A DNA stretch of 64,000 nucleotides from an uncultured Pseudoflavonifractor sp. (GTDB taxonomy: Bacteria; Bacillota; Clostridia; Oscillospirales; Oscillospiraceae), in NCBI GenBank assembly GCA_947644625.1, contig CANRZY010000002.1, positions 2,878 to 66,877 of the forward strand. Direction: 5' to 3'. Position numbers and translations under genes: made by a program. The notes beneath the pieces are model-generated. The model saw nothing but the letters and a program-made list of their open reading frames with translations. It did not search any database and was not told the DNA's origin. This document shows positions 18,741 to 29,296 of the stretch, in pieces. Position 1 is the first letter of the stretch. Every line of letters starts with the position of its first letter.

Positions 18741-21380
18741 TTACTTGTCCTCCACCACCTCGCCTTGAAGGACCTCTTTTCCTTCCACCGTCAGCTCTCC
18801 GTTCCGCTCCTCCACGGTAAGGGTCTGACCAGACTCCACCTTTCCGGAAATAATAGCCCGGCCCACCAGAGTCTCCACCGTGTGCTGGAGATACCGGCGC
18901 AAGGGCCTGGCGCCATAGAGGGGATCGTAAGCGTCGGCAATGATCCGCTCTCTGGCCGCCGGGGTAAGGACACACCGCAGCTCTTGCCGGGAAAGACGCT
19001 CATTCAGGTCATCCATCATAAGCTCCACGATCCGCTCCACGTTATTCCGGGTAAGGGGTTTATAGAACACGATCTCATCCAACCGGTTGAGAAACTCCGG
19101 GCGGAAGGACTGTTTGAGAAGGGCGTCCACCAGGGCCTTCGCCTCAGCCGTGATCTCTCCGGAGTGGTCGATCCCCTCCAGGAGATACTGGCTTCCCAGG
19201 TTGGAGGTCAGGATAATGACCGTATTTTTAAAATCCACTGTCCGGCCCTGGCCATCGGTGATCCGGCCATCGTCCAGCACCTGGAGAAGAACGTTAAACA
19301 CGTCGGGGTGGGCCTTCTCCACCTCGTCAAACAAAATGACGCTGTAGGGCGCACGGCGGACGGCCTCGGTCAGCTGCCCCCCCTCCTCGTAACCCACATA
19401 GCCTGGAGGCGCGCCAATCAGCCGGGTAACGGAAAACTTCTCCATATACTCCGACATATCGATACGCACCAGGTTCCTTTCGCTGTCGAAAAGGGCGGCG
19501 GCCAGGGTCTTGGCAAGCTCGGTCTTTCCCACACCGGTGGGACCCAGGAACAGGAAGGAACCGACGGGCTTGTTGGGATCGGCCACCCCCGCCCGGCTTC
19601 TCAAAATAGATTCGCTCACCAGCCGGACCGCCTCGTCCTGACCGACGACCCGCTCGTGAAGGATATCCTCCAGGTGGAGAAGCTTTTCCCGCTCCCCCTC
19701 CATCAGCCGGGAGACCGGTATTCCCGTCCACCGTTCCACGATCCCGGCTACCTCCTCCTCGGTGACCTTATCCCGGAGAAGGCTCCCCTCCCGGCTCTGG
19801 TTGGCCACCGCCTCCTGCGCCTCCAGCTCCTTTTGAAGCTGGGGGATCCGGCCATACTGAAGCTCGGCGGCCTTATTCAGATCGTACTGACGTTGGGCCT
19901 GGACAAGCTCGGCATTGGCCGCTTCCAGGTCCTCCCGTAGCTTTTGCACACGGCCGATGGCTCCCTTTTCATTTTCCCACTGGGCCTTTTTGGCTTGAAA
20001 GTCCTCCTTTATATCAGACAGCTCCCGGCGAATATCGGCCAGCCGCTCCTGAGAAAGCTTATCCGTCTCCTTCACCAGAGCGTGTTCCTGGATCTCCAGC
20101 TGAGTCATCTTTCCCTGAAGCACATCCAGCTCGGTTGGCATGGAATCCATCTCAGTCCGGACGGTGGCGCAGGCCTCGTCGATCAGGTCGATGGCCTTAT
20201 CGGGTAGAAAACGGTCGGTGATATAACGGTTGCTCAGAGTGGCGGCGGCAATGATGGCCCCATCGGTAATCTTCACGCCATGGAACACCTGGTAGCGCTC
20301 CTTGAGGCCCCGGAGTATGGCGACCGTATCCTCCAGGCTCGGTTCCTTTACCATGACAGGCTGAAACCTCCGCTCCAGCGCGGCGTCCTTTTCGATATAT
20401 TGGCGGTACTCATTGAGGGTGGTAGCTCCAATACAGTGGAGCTCCCCCCGGGCCAGCATGGGCTTCAAAAGGTTCCCCGCGTCCATGCTCCCCTCAGTCT
20501 TTCCCGCCCCCACAATGGTGTGAAGCTCGTCGATAAACAGGAGGATCCTCCCCTCCGACTTCTTCACTTCGCCCAGGACCGCCTTTAGCCGCTCTTCAAA
20601 TTCCCCCCGGTATTTTGCCCCCGCGATCAGGGCTCCCATGTCCAGGCTGAAAACAGCCTTGTCCTTCAACGCTCCGGGCACGTCCCCTTTCACGATCCGC
20701 TGGGCCAGCCCCTCGGCGATGGCGGTCTTACCTACGCCCGGCTCCCCGATGAGGACGGGATTATTCTTGCTCTTCCGGGAAAGGATCCGGATCACGTTCC
20801 GAATCTCCTCATCCCGCCCGATCACCGGGTCCAGCTTATTCTGCCGGGCCCGCTCCACAAGGTCGGAGCCGTACTTTTTTAGCGCCTCATAGGTCTCCTC
20901 CGGATCGTCCGAGGTCACCTGCTGGCTGCCCCGAATGGCGGACAGGGCTTGCAGAACCCCCTCCTGGGTGACCTGGAAGGTTCGGAAAAGCTCCGCCAGC
21001 TCCCGCTCTGGAACCTTTACCAGGGCAAGAAGCAGGTGCTCCACCGAAACATATTCATCCTTCATCTGCTTTGCCGTATCCTCTGCGGCGTTGAGGGCCC
21101 GGTCCACCCCCTGGGAAATATAGAGCTTTCCCGCCTCCCGACCGGGGCCTGAAACCTTGGGAAGCCGTTCCACCTGGGCTTTTACCGCAGCGCGAAAGCT
21201 GGGCACGGTAAGACCCATCCCCGCCAGGAGCTGAGGGACCAACCCGTTTTCCGCCTCCAACAGAGCCAGCAGAAGATGGCATTGCTCCATCTGCTGGTTG
21301 CCGTAGGACAGGGTAAGGGCCTGGGCATTTTGGAGGGCCTCGGTGGTTTTTTTGGTATAGCTTTGAGGGTTCATAAACAT
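18741..21380 (-). CDS. clpB: ATP-dependent chaperone ClpB
   Basis: Two AAA modules ([16 protein letters not shown]), coiled-coil middle domain, 879 aa. Confidence 0.97.
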   Translation of the reverse strand: MFMNPQSYTKKTTEALQNAQALTLSYGNQQMEQCHLLLALLEAENGLVPQLLAGMGLTVPSFRAAVKAQVERLPKVSGPGREAGKLYISQGVDRALNAAEDTAKQMKDEYVSVEHLLLALVKVPERELAELFRTFQVTQEGVLQALSAIRGSQQVTSDDPEETYEALKKYGSDLVERARQNKLDPVIGRDEEIRNVIRILSRKSKNNPVLIGEPGVGKTAIAEGLAQRIVKGDVPGALKDKAVFSLDMGALIAGAKYRGEFEERLKAVLGEVKKSEGRILLFIDELHTIVGAGKTEGSMDAGNLLKPMLARGELHCIGATTLNEYRQYIEKDAALERRFQPVMVKEPSLEDTVAILRGLKERYQVFHGVKITDGAIIAAATLSNRYITDRFLPDKAIDLIDEACATVRTEMDSMPTELDVLQGKMTQLEIQEHALVKETDKLSQERLADIRRELSDIKEDFQAKKAQWENEKGAIGRVQKLREDLEAANAELVQAQRQYDLNKAAELQYGRIPQLQKELEAQEAVANQSREGSLLRDKVTEEEVAGIVERWTGIPVSRLMEGEREKLLHLEDILHERVVGQDEAVRLVSESILRSRAGVADPNKPVGSFLFLGPTGVGKTELAKTLAAALFDSERNLVRIDMSEYMEKFSVTRLIGAPPGYVGYEEGGQLTEAVRRAPYSVILFDEVEKAHPDVFNVLLQVLDDGRITDGQGRTVDFKNTVIILTSNLGSQYLLEGIDHSGEITAEAKALVDALLKQSFRPEFLNRLDEIVFYKPLTRNNVERIVELMMDDLNERLSRQELRCVLTPAARERIIADAYDPLYGARPLRRYLQHTVETLVGRAIISGKVESGQTLTVEERNGELTVEGKEVLQGEVVEDK

Positions 21381-21407
21381 TCACCTTCTTTTAAAGTTTG
21401 AACAGGA

Positions 21408-21429
21408 GGGTGTGGACACCCGCCCCTAC
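21408..21429 (-). repeat. GTAG-type REP
   Basis: Revcomp GTAGGGGCGGGTGTCCACACCC. Confidence 0.6.
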
Positions 21430-21572
21430 ATGGAAAAGGAGCCGGCCAGCGTACGCTGACCGGCCCCACGCCGCAGACTGTCACACTCCGAACCAGGCTG
21501 GCCGCCTCAGGCCTAAGCCGCTCCGTCTGTGCGTCTTACCCCCTCGGCAGCCCGCTTCTCCGCGCTTCTTCC

Positions 21573-22001
21573 TTACTGAATGGCGATGCGGTGGGTCTCC
21601 GGTTCCACAGGCTTGGCCTTGGGGAGGGTCAGGGCCAGCACGCCGTTTTCATAGGCGGCAGTGATACTCTTCTCCTCTATGCCCGTCACATCAAAGCTGC
21701 GCTGGAAGGAGCCATAGCGGCGCTCCCGGCGGATGTAGGTCCCGCCGGTCCCCTTCTCCTCGCTCTCATCGCTGTGGGCGGCTGTGATGGTGAGGATCCC
21801 ATCCTTCAGATCCAGAGTAATGTCCTCCTTCCGGAAGCCGGGCAGCTCAGCCTCCAGCACATAGCTGTCGCCAGTGTCCCGAATGTCGGTACGGAAGGCG
21901 GGCAGATCGGCATTGGACTTGCGGAAAAAATCCCGTGCAAAGGAATCAAAGGTGTCAAACAGATTGTTGTCGCCGCGTTCAAAGGGAAGCATACCAAACA
22001 T
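21573..22001 (-). CDS. Hsp20/alpha-crystallin small heat shock protein
   Basis: AELPGF, RRERRYGSFQRSF, AAYENGVLALTLPK. Confidence 0.95.
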   Translation of the reverse strand: MFGMLPFERGDNNLFDTFDSFARDFFRKSNADLPAFRTDIRDTGDSYVLEAELPGFRKEDITLDLKDGILTITAAHSDESEEKGTGGTYIRRERRYGSFQRSFDVTGIEEKSITAAYENGVLALTLPKAKPVEPETHRIAIQ

Positions 22002-22029
22002 GATGAATTACTCCTTTTTATGTTTTGTC

Positions 22030-22056
22030 TTAGCACTCTTACATTTCGCTTGCTAG
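22030..22056. promoter_or_regulatory. Degenerate CIRCE (HrcA operator)
   Basis: TTAGCACTC-N9-GCTTGCTAG upstream of hsp20-clpB. Confidence 0.6.
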
Positions 22057-22186
22057 CTTTTTATGGGCTCCATGGGACTCAACCTTTCTGTATTCCGGGA
22101 GCTCTTTTGTTCTCCCGTCTTTCGATTTTCAGTATACTCAAAGGCTGTGAACAAATATACCAGAAAATATGTCTAAATTGTAAATA

Positions 22187-22213
22187 CTAGCACTTTACAA
22201 CCAAGAGTGCTAA
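22187..22213. promoter_or_regulatory. CIRCE (HrcA operator)
   Basis: CTAGCACTT-N9-GAGTGCTAA versus consensus TTAGCACTC-N9-GAGTGCTAA. Confidence 0.85.
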
Positions 22214-22263
22214 ATCTATTTAAAAAACTTCCCGGCCAGCAAAGCTGTCCGGGAAGCCTTCTT

Positions 22264-23352
22264 TTATGAAAACAATCCGATACTCTCCAGGATCTGATTC
22301 ACCGTCTCAGCCCTCTGACTCCAGGCCGCCGCCTTGCCGTATTCCCTCCGGCGGTCTTTGGCCCAGCTCCCTGTTTCGCCCAGCGCACGCTCACACAAAA
22401 GAGCAAATTCCGCTGGGGTATGGGCTCCATAGACAACGTCGGGAAAATGCTCCACCTGGTCAGGGCGGAGCATGGCTACGATGGGCCGCCCCGCAGAGAG
22501 GAGCTCAAACATACGGGCATGGATCACATCGTCCCGCAGTTCGCTGCGGCGCAGCAGATACAGGCACACGTCAAAGGCTCCGAGATAGTCGGGAAGATCC
22601 ACCGGAGAAACCGGACCCAGGAAACGCACATCAGATCGGTCCAAAAGCTGGGGAAGCTGCCGGCAGCCCCTGTCCTCCCCCACCAGGACAAGGGTGCATT
22701 CCGGATGAACGTCCAAAGCCTCCAATGCGGGGCTCAGATCCAAATCAGGCCAGAGGGTCCCCGCGAAGCCCAGAATGGGGCCTTTGATCCCCGCCAATGG
22801 GCGGGGCCGGGGCAGATCGTCCTTGGCAAACATGGGATAATTGCAGCCAAAGGGAAGCAGGGTCACATTGGAATTACAGGGGGAGATATGCCGGACCAGA
22901 TCCGGCGAGGCGGCAAAGCACACATCGGCAGAGACAGCCAGCTCGCTCTCCCAGGCTTCGGGGTAGTCGGGCCAGTCCTGGTAGCAGTCGTAGACCAGCC
23001 CCCGGTAGGCCAGTTCGTCCAGATAGAGAGCTCCCGCAGGGCTGGCGCACCAGAGAAGGGGCTCCCGAAACCGGTGACGCTCCAGCTTGGCCTGTAAAAA
23101 CCGGGTGGTACGCTCAGCGCTAAACCGGTTCAAAAGAGAGAGGGCGGCGTCCTGGGTAAGCTCCGGAGGAAGGGTATAGACCACCAGTCCGGGCCGGACC
23201 CTCCGTCCCGGTTTTTTCCATTCCCGGGAGCCCCGGGGTGCGGGCGGCTCAAAGTAGAGGACCTCCGCGTCCTTCATTCGGGCCATGAGCTGTTGGGTAC
23301 GGGCAGGAAAGGCCGACCAGGGCTCAGCAGCCAGACAGACAACTTGTCGCAT
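22264..23352 (-). CDS. Glycosyltransferase (TuaH-like, GT-B)
   Basis: LVYDC, GFAGTL, FLGPV, FELLSAGRPIVA, SQRA motifs. Confidence 0.8.
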   Translation of the reverse strand: MRQVVCLAAEPWSAFPARTQQLMARMKDAEVLYFEPPAPRGSREWKKPGRRVRPGLVVYTLPPELTQDAALSLLNRFSAERTTRFLQAKLERHRFREPLLWCASPAGALYLDELAYRGLVYDCYQDWPDYPEAWESELAVSADVCFAASPDLVRHISPCNSNVTLLPFGCNYPMFAKDDLPRPRPLAGIKGPILGFAGTLWPDLDLSPALEALDVHPECTLVLVGEDRGCRQLPQLLDRSDVRFLGPVSPVDLPDYLGAFDVCLYLLRRSELRDDVIHARMFELLSAGRPIVAMLRPDQVEHFPDVVYGAHTPAEFALLCERALGETGSWAKDRRREYGKAAAWSQRAETVNQILESIGLFS

Positions 23353-23380
23353 ATGGGGGACATCCTTTCGGGTATACTTT

Positions 23381-25612
23381 TTATCTTATTCCCAGAAGCT
23401 GGGCGACCGCGTCCTGATTCCGCTGCTCCACCTGGCGCAGCCGCTCCACGCCCTCCCGGAGGAAGCCGCTGTCCCCGACACGTGCCGCCGCAGCGTCGAT
23501 ATGGGCTTTCAGGCCGTCCAGCGTCAGTTCTCTCAGTCCGGTATAAAGGTCCTGCCCGATGTAGCTGAGGAAGGAGCTGACCTTGGGATCATAGACCACT
23601 CCCACCAGGGGAACGCCCTGCCCTGCAGCAAAGACCAGAGCATGGAGGCGCATGGAAACTACCACCTTCATCCGGGCAAAAAGGCCGATGGTGTGGGCGG
23701 AGGAGCCGGTCCCGTCCAACAGATAGCAGGGAGCCTTCATCCGCTTGGCTACCAGCTGGGCGGCAGGCAGATCCAGCCTGCGCTCGATGGGCAGAAAGAC
23801 CGGGGTAAGACCATGCTTTTCGTAGGCGTAGTCGGCGGCTTGGGCAAAGATATCCGCCTTGGCCTCAAAGCCGGACCAGGGCCGGAGGGTAAAGCCGATA
23901 TACCGCCCTGCCGGGTCCAGCCCGGCGTTTTCCAAAAGGCCGTCTACCGCGGCTGGATCGGCGGCGGGAAGGATAACGGTGGGATCGGCGGCCAAGATGA
24001 TTTTGGGATTGGTGATCCCCATACTCTCCAGCTCCGTTTTCGAGTGGGTATCCCGCAGGGTGATCACGTCCACCCGCTTCTGGAGCACCCTGGCGCAGAG
24101 CTTCCGGTTGGAGGGATACCGGATAGGGCCAATGCCGCAGCCATACATGATAACCGGATTTCCCAGCACCTTGGCGGCCCAGATGGTAAAAAGGTAGAAC
24201 CACAGGCTTCTCCGGCTGGTGGCGTCCTGCATAAGGGAGCCGCCGCCATTGATGTATAGCCGGATCTTCCCCATCCGCCGGAGGAACCGGGGAACGTTGA
24301 AGGTATAGATGGCGTTGACCCGATAGGTGCGCCGGGTCTCCCTGGGCTTTCGGGACAGGACCCACAGGGGAAGATCCGGATCCAGCTGCCGCATCTCCCG
24401 GACGATGGCCTCCAGGATGGCGTCGTCTCCGGCATTTCCCCGTCCATAGGCCCCGCAGATAAGGACCCCATCCCGCTTTCCCGCTTTCCGCTCCTGACTG
24501 CGGAGGATGGAGCGGTAGATATCCAACTGCCGCTCCAAAGTGCTTTCCAAAGAATAGTCCGCCTTCGCCCGCTGAAACAGCCTCTCTCCCAAATGGGCCC
24601 GCAGGGAAGGATCCCGGACCAGCGTAACAAGGTGGCGGGCCAGAGCGTCATTGTCTCCGGCCTCAAAAAGCAGCCCATGGATCCCGTGGTCGATAAGGTA
24701 GGGCACGCCTCCCACTCGGCTGGCTACAGTGGGCAGGTGGAACCGCGCCCCCTCGGTAAGGGAATAGGAGAAGGTCTCGGACAGGGACGTAAGAGAGTTG
24801 ATGTCAATGGCATTGTAGAAGCTGTCGGTGTCGGTGATCCACCCGGCAAAGCAGACCTCTTTCGCAACCCCCAGCGAGGCGGAAAGTTCCTTCAGCGCCC
24901 CCATTTCCTCCCCGTCCCCCGCGATCAGCAGCCGCAGCTGAGGACAGCTCTCATGGGCCTTGGCAAAGCCCCGGATCAGGGTAGGGATATCCTTCACCGG
25001 ATTCAGCCGGGCGGTAATGCCCACAATGACGCAATCCTGGGGCCAGTCCAGGCCCAGGCTGTGAAGGTATTCCTCCCGGTCCATATGGGGGGTTCGCGGA
25101 GTAAAGTCCAGGCCGTTATAAATGGTAAACATCCGGTCCGGATCAAAGCCCCGGGAGATCAGAAGGTCGGTGGTGGCGTCGCTGACGCCGATGCGGTAAT
25201 CCAAAAGCCGCAGCGCAGCGGTGTTTACCGCGCCGTAGGTATACTTGGCCAAGGGCCGTCCCAGATAATCCAGCCGGTAGTCCGAATGGACGGTGGACAC
25301 AACGGGAAGTCCGGTCGTCTTGCGCAGAAGCGCCCCCATCATATTGCCGCGGGCGCCGTGGCAGTGGATGATATCATAGCCGCCCCGCTTAATAAACTCC
25401 GTCAGCTCCCGGCGGATATGAAGGATATTGTTGCCGGGAAAAATGACGGTATCAATGCCCAGCTCCCGGGCCTCCTGGGCGAAGGGGCCGTCGGTAAAGC
25501 AGACCATGGTCACATCGATGGACTTCCCCAAATTCTGAAGCAGCATATGGACATGGGTCTTGGCTCCTCCCGTGTCGCCGCCGCTGATAAGATGAATGAC
25601 TTTCATGGGCAC
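23381..25612 (-). CDS. csaB: GT4 glycosyltransferase fused to polysaccharide pyruvyl transferase CsaB
   Basis: N-terminal GT4 (LTSLSETFSYSLTEG); C-terminal GAYGRGNAGDDAIL, GGGSLMQDATS, ITLRD, SMRLHA. Confidence 0.88.
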   Translation of the reverse strand: MPMKVIHLISGGDTGGAKTHVHMLLQNLGKSIDVTMVCFTDGPFAQEARELGIDTVIFPGNNILHIRRELTEFIKRGGYDIIHCHGARGNMMGALLRKTTGLPVVSTVHSDYRLDYLGRPLAKYTYGAVNTAALRLLDYRIGVSDATTDLLISRGFDPDRMFTIYNGLDFTPRTPHMDREEYLHSLGLDWPQDCVIVGITARLNPVKDIPTLIRGFAKAHESCPQLRLLIAGDGEEMGALKELSASLGVAKEVCFAGWITDTDSFYNAIDINSLTSLSETFSYSLTEGARFHLPTVASRVGGVPYLIDHGIHGLLFEAGDNDALARHLVTLVRDPSLRAHLGERLFQRAKADYSLESTLERQLDIYRSILRSQERKAGKRDGVLICGAYGRGNAGDDAILEAIVREMRQLDPDLPLWVLSRKPRETRRTYRVNAIYTFNVPRFLRRMGKIRLYINGGGSLMQDATSRRSLWFYLFTIWAAKVLGNPVIMYGCGIGPIRYPSNRKLCARVLQKRVDVITLRDTHSKTELESMGITNPKIILAADPTVILPAADPAAVDGLLENAGLDPAGRYIGFTLRPWSGFEAKADIFAQAADYAYEKHGLTPVFLPIERRLDLPAAQLVAKRMKAPCYLLDGTGSSAHTIGLFARMKVVVSMRLHALVFAAGQGVPLVGVVYDPKVSSFLSYIGQDLYTGLRELTLDGLKAHIDAAAARVGDSGFLREGVERLRQVEQRNQDAVAQLLGIR

Positions 25613-25746
25613 CCTCCGAAAAAAGACTTGTGGGCGGATCAGGAATGTGGTACAATAAGTCCTGATCTTATTTTACCACAAGCTGTAAAATATACAACCA
25701 GAAATCGACGGGGTTTTATTCCCCGTCCCACACGAGGAGAACGGAT

Positions 25747-26286
25747 ATGAAAGACGGAAAAGTGTTTGGCAAGATCAACATCATTGACCTGCTGGTCCTT
25801 ATTCTGGCCCTGGTCATTGTGGCGGCTGTAGCCCTTAAAATGACGGGCCGTTTGGGCGCCGCCGTCCCTGAGGTGGGCACCAACATTACCTACACCGTTC
25901 GGGTGGAGCGGGTGGACGCCGACGTTTATGAAAACGTCAAAAGCTTTATCGACGAGGCCAAGGCCGCAGGTAAGACCGGCGACCAGCTCATGTCCAACGG
26001 TGCCAGGCTGTCGGCCTATGTCACAGACGTAAAGGCCGTTCCCGCCCAGGAAAAGACGGAGATGTCGGTGGGCGACAACTATGTGGGGATCGTTACCGCC
26101 GGTAAGGATCTTCTGGACCTGACCTTTACCGTGGAGGGCTATGTCGCCAACAACACCAAGACCGAGCTGGGCAGCCAGGAGGTCCGGGTAGGCAAGCGGC
26201 ACATCGTCAAGACCACCCATTTTGAGCTTGAAAACGGCACCATCCTCTCCTGCGAGTGGGAGAATGGTACTTCGGCGGATAACTGA
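25747..26286 (+). CDS. DUF4330 protein
   Basis: N-terminal GKVFGKINIIDL plus TM segment; QEVRVG. Confidence 0.8.
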   Translation: MKDGKVFGKINIIDLLVLILALVIVAAVALKMTGRLGAAVPEVGTNITYTVRVERVDADVYENVKSFIDEAKAAGKTGDQLMSNGARLSAYVTDVKAVPAQEKTEMSVGDNYVGIVTAGKDLLDLTFTVEGYVANNTKTELGSQEVRVGKRHIVKTTHFELENGTILSCEWENGTSADN

Positions 26287-26401
26287 TACAGATCAACGAA
26301 AATGGCGGCGGCCCCGTGCGGTCACAGGGTCCTACGAGGAAAAACCGTAGGGTCCTTCGGCTCACGGGCCGCCGTTTTTATTCCCTTGGAAAGGAGAAAA
26401 C

Positions 26402-26959
26402 ATGATGTGGATATCCCTATCTCAAGTTGAGGGTCAACTTTTACTCTGGATCCAGGAATTTTTCCGCCAGCCCTGGCTGGATCCTGTGGTATCCCTATAC
26501 ACCAGGCTGGGAGACCACGGCCTTATCTGGATCGTAGCCTGTGCCCTTATGCTCCTGTGGCCCAAGACCCGGCGGGCGGGCATAGCCGGAGCTTGGGCCC
26601 TGATATTGAGCCTTTTGTGTACCAACGTTATTCTGAAGCACCTGTTCACCCGGCCCCGTCCCTGGCTGGTACTGGAGGGCCTTTTTCCCCTTGTGGCGGA
26701 GGCGGATCCCAACTCCTTTCCCTCCGGCCACACCAGCGCGGCCCTCTCCTGCGCGGCAACCTGGTGGCGCTATCTGCCACAGTTCTGGCGCCTCGCGGCT
26801 GCGGTGTGCGCGGTACTGATGGGACTTTCCCGGCTTTATGTAGGCGTCCATTTCCCCACCGACGTCCTATGTGGGATCCTGGTGGGCCTTTTTTGCGGCT
26901 GGGGTGGCCGGAAGCTGGAACAGGCCCTGTCAAAAGATCAGGCGCCCGCCCATCTTTAA
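26402..26959 (+). CDS. PAP2-family phosphatase
   Basis: KxxxxRxRP, SFPSGH, SRLYVGVHFPTDV. Confidence 0.92.
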   Translation: MMWISLSQVEGQLLLWIQEFFRQPWLDPVVSLYTRLGDHGLIWIVACALMLLWPKTRRAGIAGAWALILSLLCTNVILKHLFTRPRPWLVLEGLFPLVAEADPNSFPSGHTSAALSCAATWWRYLPQFWRLAAAVCAVLMGLSRLYVGVHFPTDVLCGILVGLFCGWGGRKLEQALSKDQAPAHL

Positions 26960-27057
26960 AATGACGCGCAGGCGTTTGAGGACCGACCCACGTTCCCTCC
27001 AAAGCGCCGCCCCAGTATAGTACATATGGAAAAACAGCCAGGAAAAGAGGGTGTTTT

Positions 27058-27942
27058 GTGCGATATCTTGAGTTTTATGTAAACCAAGAGGAGGAGGGTA
27101 AGCGGGTGGACGCCATCCTTCGCCGCCACGGGCTGTCTACCTCCGCCATCCGCCGGTCCAAACGGCGTGAGCACGGGCTTTTGGTGGATGGGGAGGACAT
27201 CTATACCAGCTATCTGGTCCACGCCGGGCAGACGGTGGCCATTCTCTGTGACGACAAAGCCCCCTCGGATATCGTGCCCAATGAGGGGCCAGTTCATATT
27301 TTATATGAGGATGAGGATCTGTTGGTGGTGGACAAGCCCGCCGGTTTAGCGGTCCACCCCTGCGCCGGAAGCTGGGAGGACTCCCTAGGCGCCCGGCTGG
27401 TCCATTACTATCAGACCATCGGCCTTGCCGCCGACTTTCACCCGGTCCACCGGCTGGACAAGGGGACCTCCGGACTCATGGTGGTGGCCAAACACCCTGC
27501 CGCCCAACACGCTCTTACCGCCGCGCTCCATTCAGGCCGCTTTCTCCGGGAATACCTGGCGGTATGCGAGGGTTGCCCCTCCCCCGCTTCTGGAACCATC
27601 GACGCTCCTCTGGGGCGGACAGAGACCTCCTACATCCGCCAGGAGGTCCGTCCCGACGGAAAGTCCGCCCGTACCCATTACCAGGTCGTGGAAGGAGGAG
27701 AGCGGTTTTCCCTGATCCGGTTGGTCCTGGAGACGGGCCGCACCCACCAGATCCGGGTCCACATGGCCTATATCGGCCATCCCCTGGCAGGGGATTTTCT
27801 CTATGGCACCGAGGACCCCAGCCTCATCTCCCGGCCCGCCCTCCATTCCGCCCATCTGGAATTATGTCAACCATTTACAGCGGAGAGCCTGTCCTTTGAC
27901 GCTCCTCTCCCCAAAGACATGGCCCGGCTCACAGCAAGGTGA
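27058..27942 (+). CDS. RluA-family pseudouridine synthase
   Basis: VVDKPAG, HRLDKGTSG, TGRTHQIRVH, LHS. Confidence 0.95.
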   Translation: MRYLEFYVNQEEEGKRVDAILRRHGLSTSAIRRSKRREHGLLVDGEDIYTSYLVHAGQTVAILCDDKAPSDIVPNEGPVHILYEDEDLLVVDKPAGLAVHPCAGSWEDSLGARLVHYYQTIGLAADFHPVHRLDKGTSGLMVVAKHPAAQHALTAALHSGRFLREYLAVCEGCPSPASGTIDAPLGRTETSYIRQEVRPDGKSARTHYQVVEGGERFSLIRLVLETGRTHQIRVHMAYIGHPLAGDFLYGTEDPSLISRPALHSAHLELCQPFTAESLSFDAPLPKDMARLTAR

Positions 27943-27955
27943 GCCAGGCCATCAT

Positions 27956-29296
27956 TTATTTTATGACTGAGCAGCTTTCGATCCCATAATACCGAAAGCA
28001 CTCCACCGCATCTTCGCCGATCTCCTCCCCGCATACCAGGACGGGCACTGCCGGGGGGCAGCTTACCGTGGGGGCAGCCAGGATCCGGCCCAAACAGTTT
28101 TCCAAAGGAAGCTCCTCCTGAGGCGCCAGCAACGCCTCCCGGATGGACCTTACCCGCCTTCCCAGGGCCATGGGCGGAAGGGTGGACTCCGAGGGCCGGG
28201 GCGTCCCACAGTCCAAGGCGTCCGCCAACCTTTGAAGATCCTCTCCGGTGGTATTCCCGGAGGCCATCAGCACCACATGGTCCCGGTCGGCAAACTCAGG
28301 CTCCACCCCCCCCACGCGCAGAAGGTCCGCAAGCTCCTCTCCAGACCAGCCCGATGCGGCGGCGTCCACCGTCAGCTTTAAGGGTTCCTGGCCCCAGAGC
28401 GTCCAGCCCTGCCGGGTCAAATGAGCTTTGAGCGTTGTAAGGGCGGCGGCCACAGCCCGGATCCGCTCCGGCCCCTCTCCTGCCAGCCAGCCGTTGCAGC
28501 CGTCCAGGGAGGCCAACAGCAGATAAGAAGGGCTGGTGGAGCCAAAGAGGGCCAGGGCCTGCTTGGCCTGTTCCAGCGCCGCTTTGGGAGCGGTTCTGGC
28601 TATATGGAGATAGGCTCCACCCGTCAGCACAGGCAGAGTCTTGTGGGCGGAATCACAGCACAGGTCCGCCCCCAGATCCAGGGGATGGCAGGGCTCTTCC
28701 AGAAAGTGCAGGTAGGAGCCATGGGCGTTGTCCACCAGCAGCAGCGTATCCCGCCGGTGACAGATTTCCGCCAAAGCCCGGACGTCCGCCATTGCGCCCA
28801 GATAGTCCGGGCTGGTAAGATAGACCGCCATGGGAGGCGCTTCCATAGCGGAAAGGGCCTTTTCCAGCCCCTCCGGGGTGACAGGGCAGCTGCACAGGCT
28901 TCGCCGCGCCCCCTCCGGCCAAAGCCACTCCACTTCCAGGTCCAACAGGGCGGCGGCATAAAGAAAGCTCTTGTGGACGTTTCGGGCCGCCAGTACCACC
29001 GGGGCCCGCCCGGCTGGGCGGTTCAAAAGAGCCAGGGTCAGCATGGCCCGAATACACTGGCTGGAGCCCTCGGTAGAATAGAGGGTCCGTCCGCTTCCAA
29101 AGAGCCTGGCGGCATTTTCCTCGCTGCGGGCAATGACCCCCTCCGCCTCATAGAGCACGTCGGCCCCCTTTACCTCGGTGATATCCCAATCCTCACACCC
29201 CAAAGGTCCCAGTCCCTTGTGCCCCGGCATATGGAAGCGGGACATCCCCTCCCGTTCGTAGCCCTTTAAAAATTCCAGAATGGGGGTATCCATCAT
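27956..29296 (-). CDS. PLP-dependent Orn/Lys/Arg decarboxylase-family protein
   Basis: FHMPGHKG, RNVHKS, DNAHG, SAHKTLP, STSPSY. Confidence 0.9.
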   Translation of the reverse strand: MMDTPILEFLKGYEREGMSRFHMPGHKGLGPLGCEDWDITEVKGADVLYEAEGVIARSEENAARLFGSGRTLYSTEGSSQCIRAMLTLALLNRPAGRAPVVLAARNVHKSFLYAAALLDLEVEWLWPEGARRSLCSCPVTPEGLEKALSAMEAPPMAVYLTSPDYLGAMADVRALAEICHRRDTLLLVDNAHGSYLHFLEEPCHPLDLGADLCCDSAHKTLPVLTGGAYLHIARTAPKAALEQAKQALALFGSTSPSYLLLASLDGCNGWLAGEGPERIRAVAAALTTLKAHLTRQGWTLWGQEPLKLTVDAAASGWSGEELADLLRVGGVEPEFADRDHVVLMASGNTTGEDLQRLADALDCGTPRPSESTLPPMALGRRVRSIREALLAPQEELPLENCLGRILAAPTVSCPPAVPVLVCGEEIGEDAVECFRYYGIESCSVIK

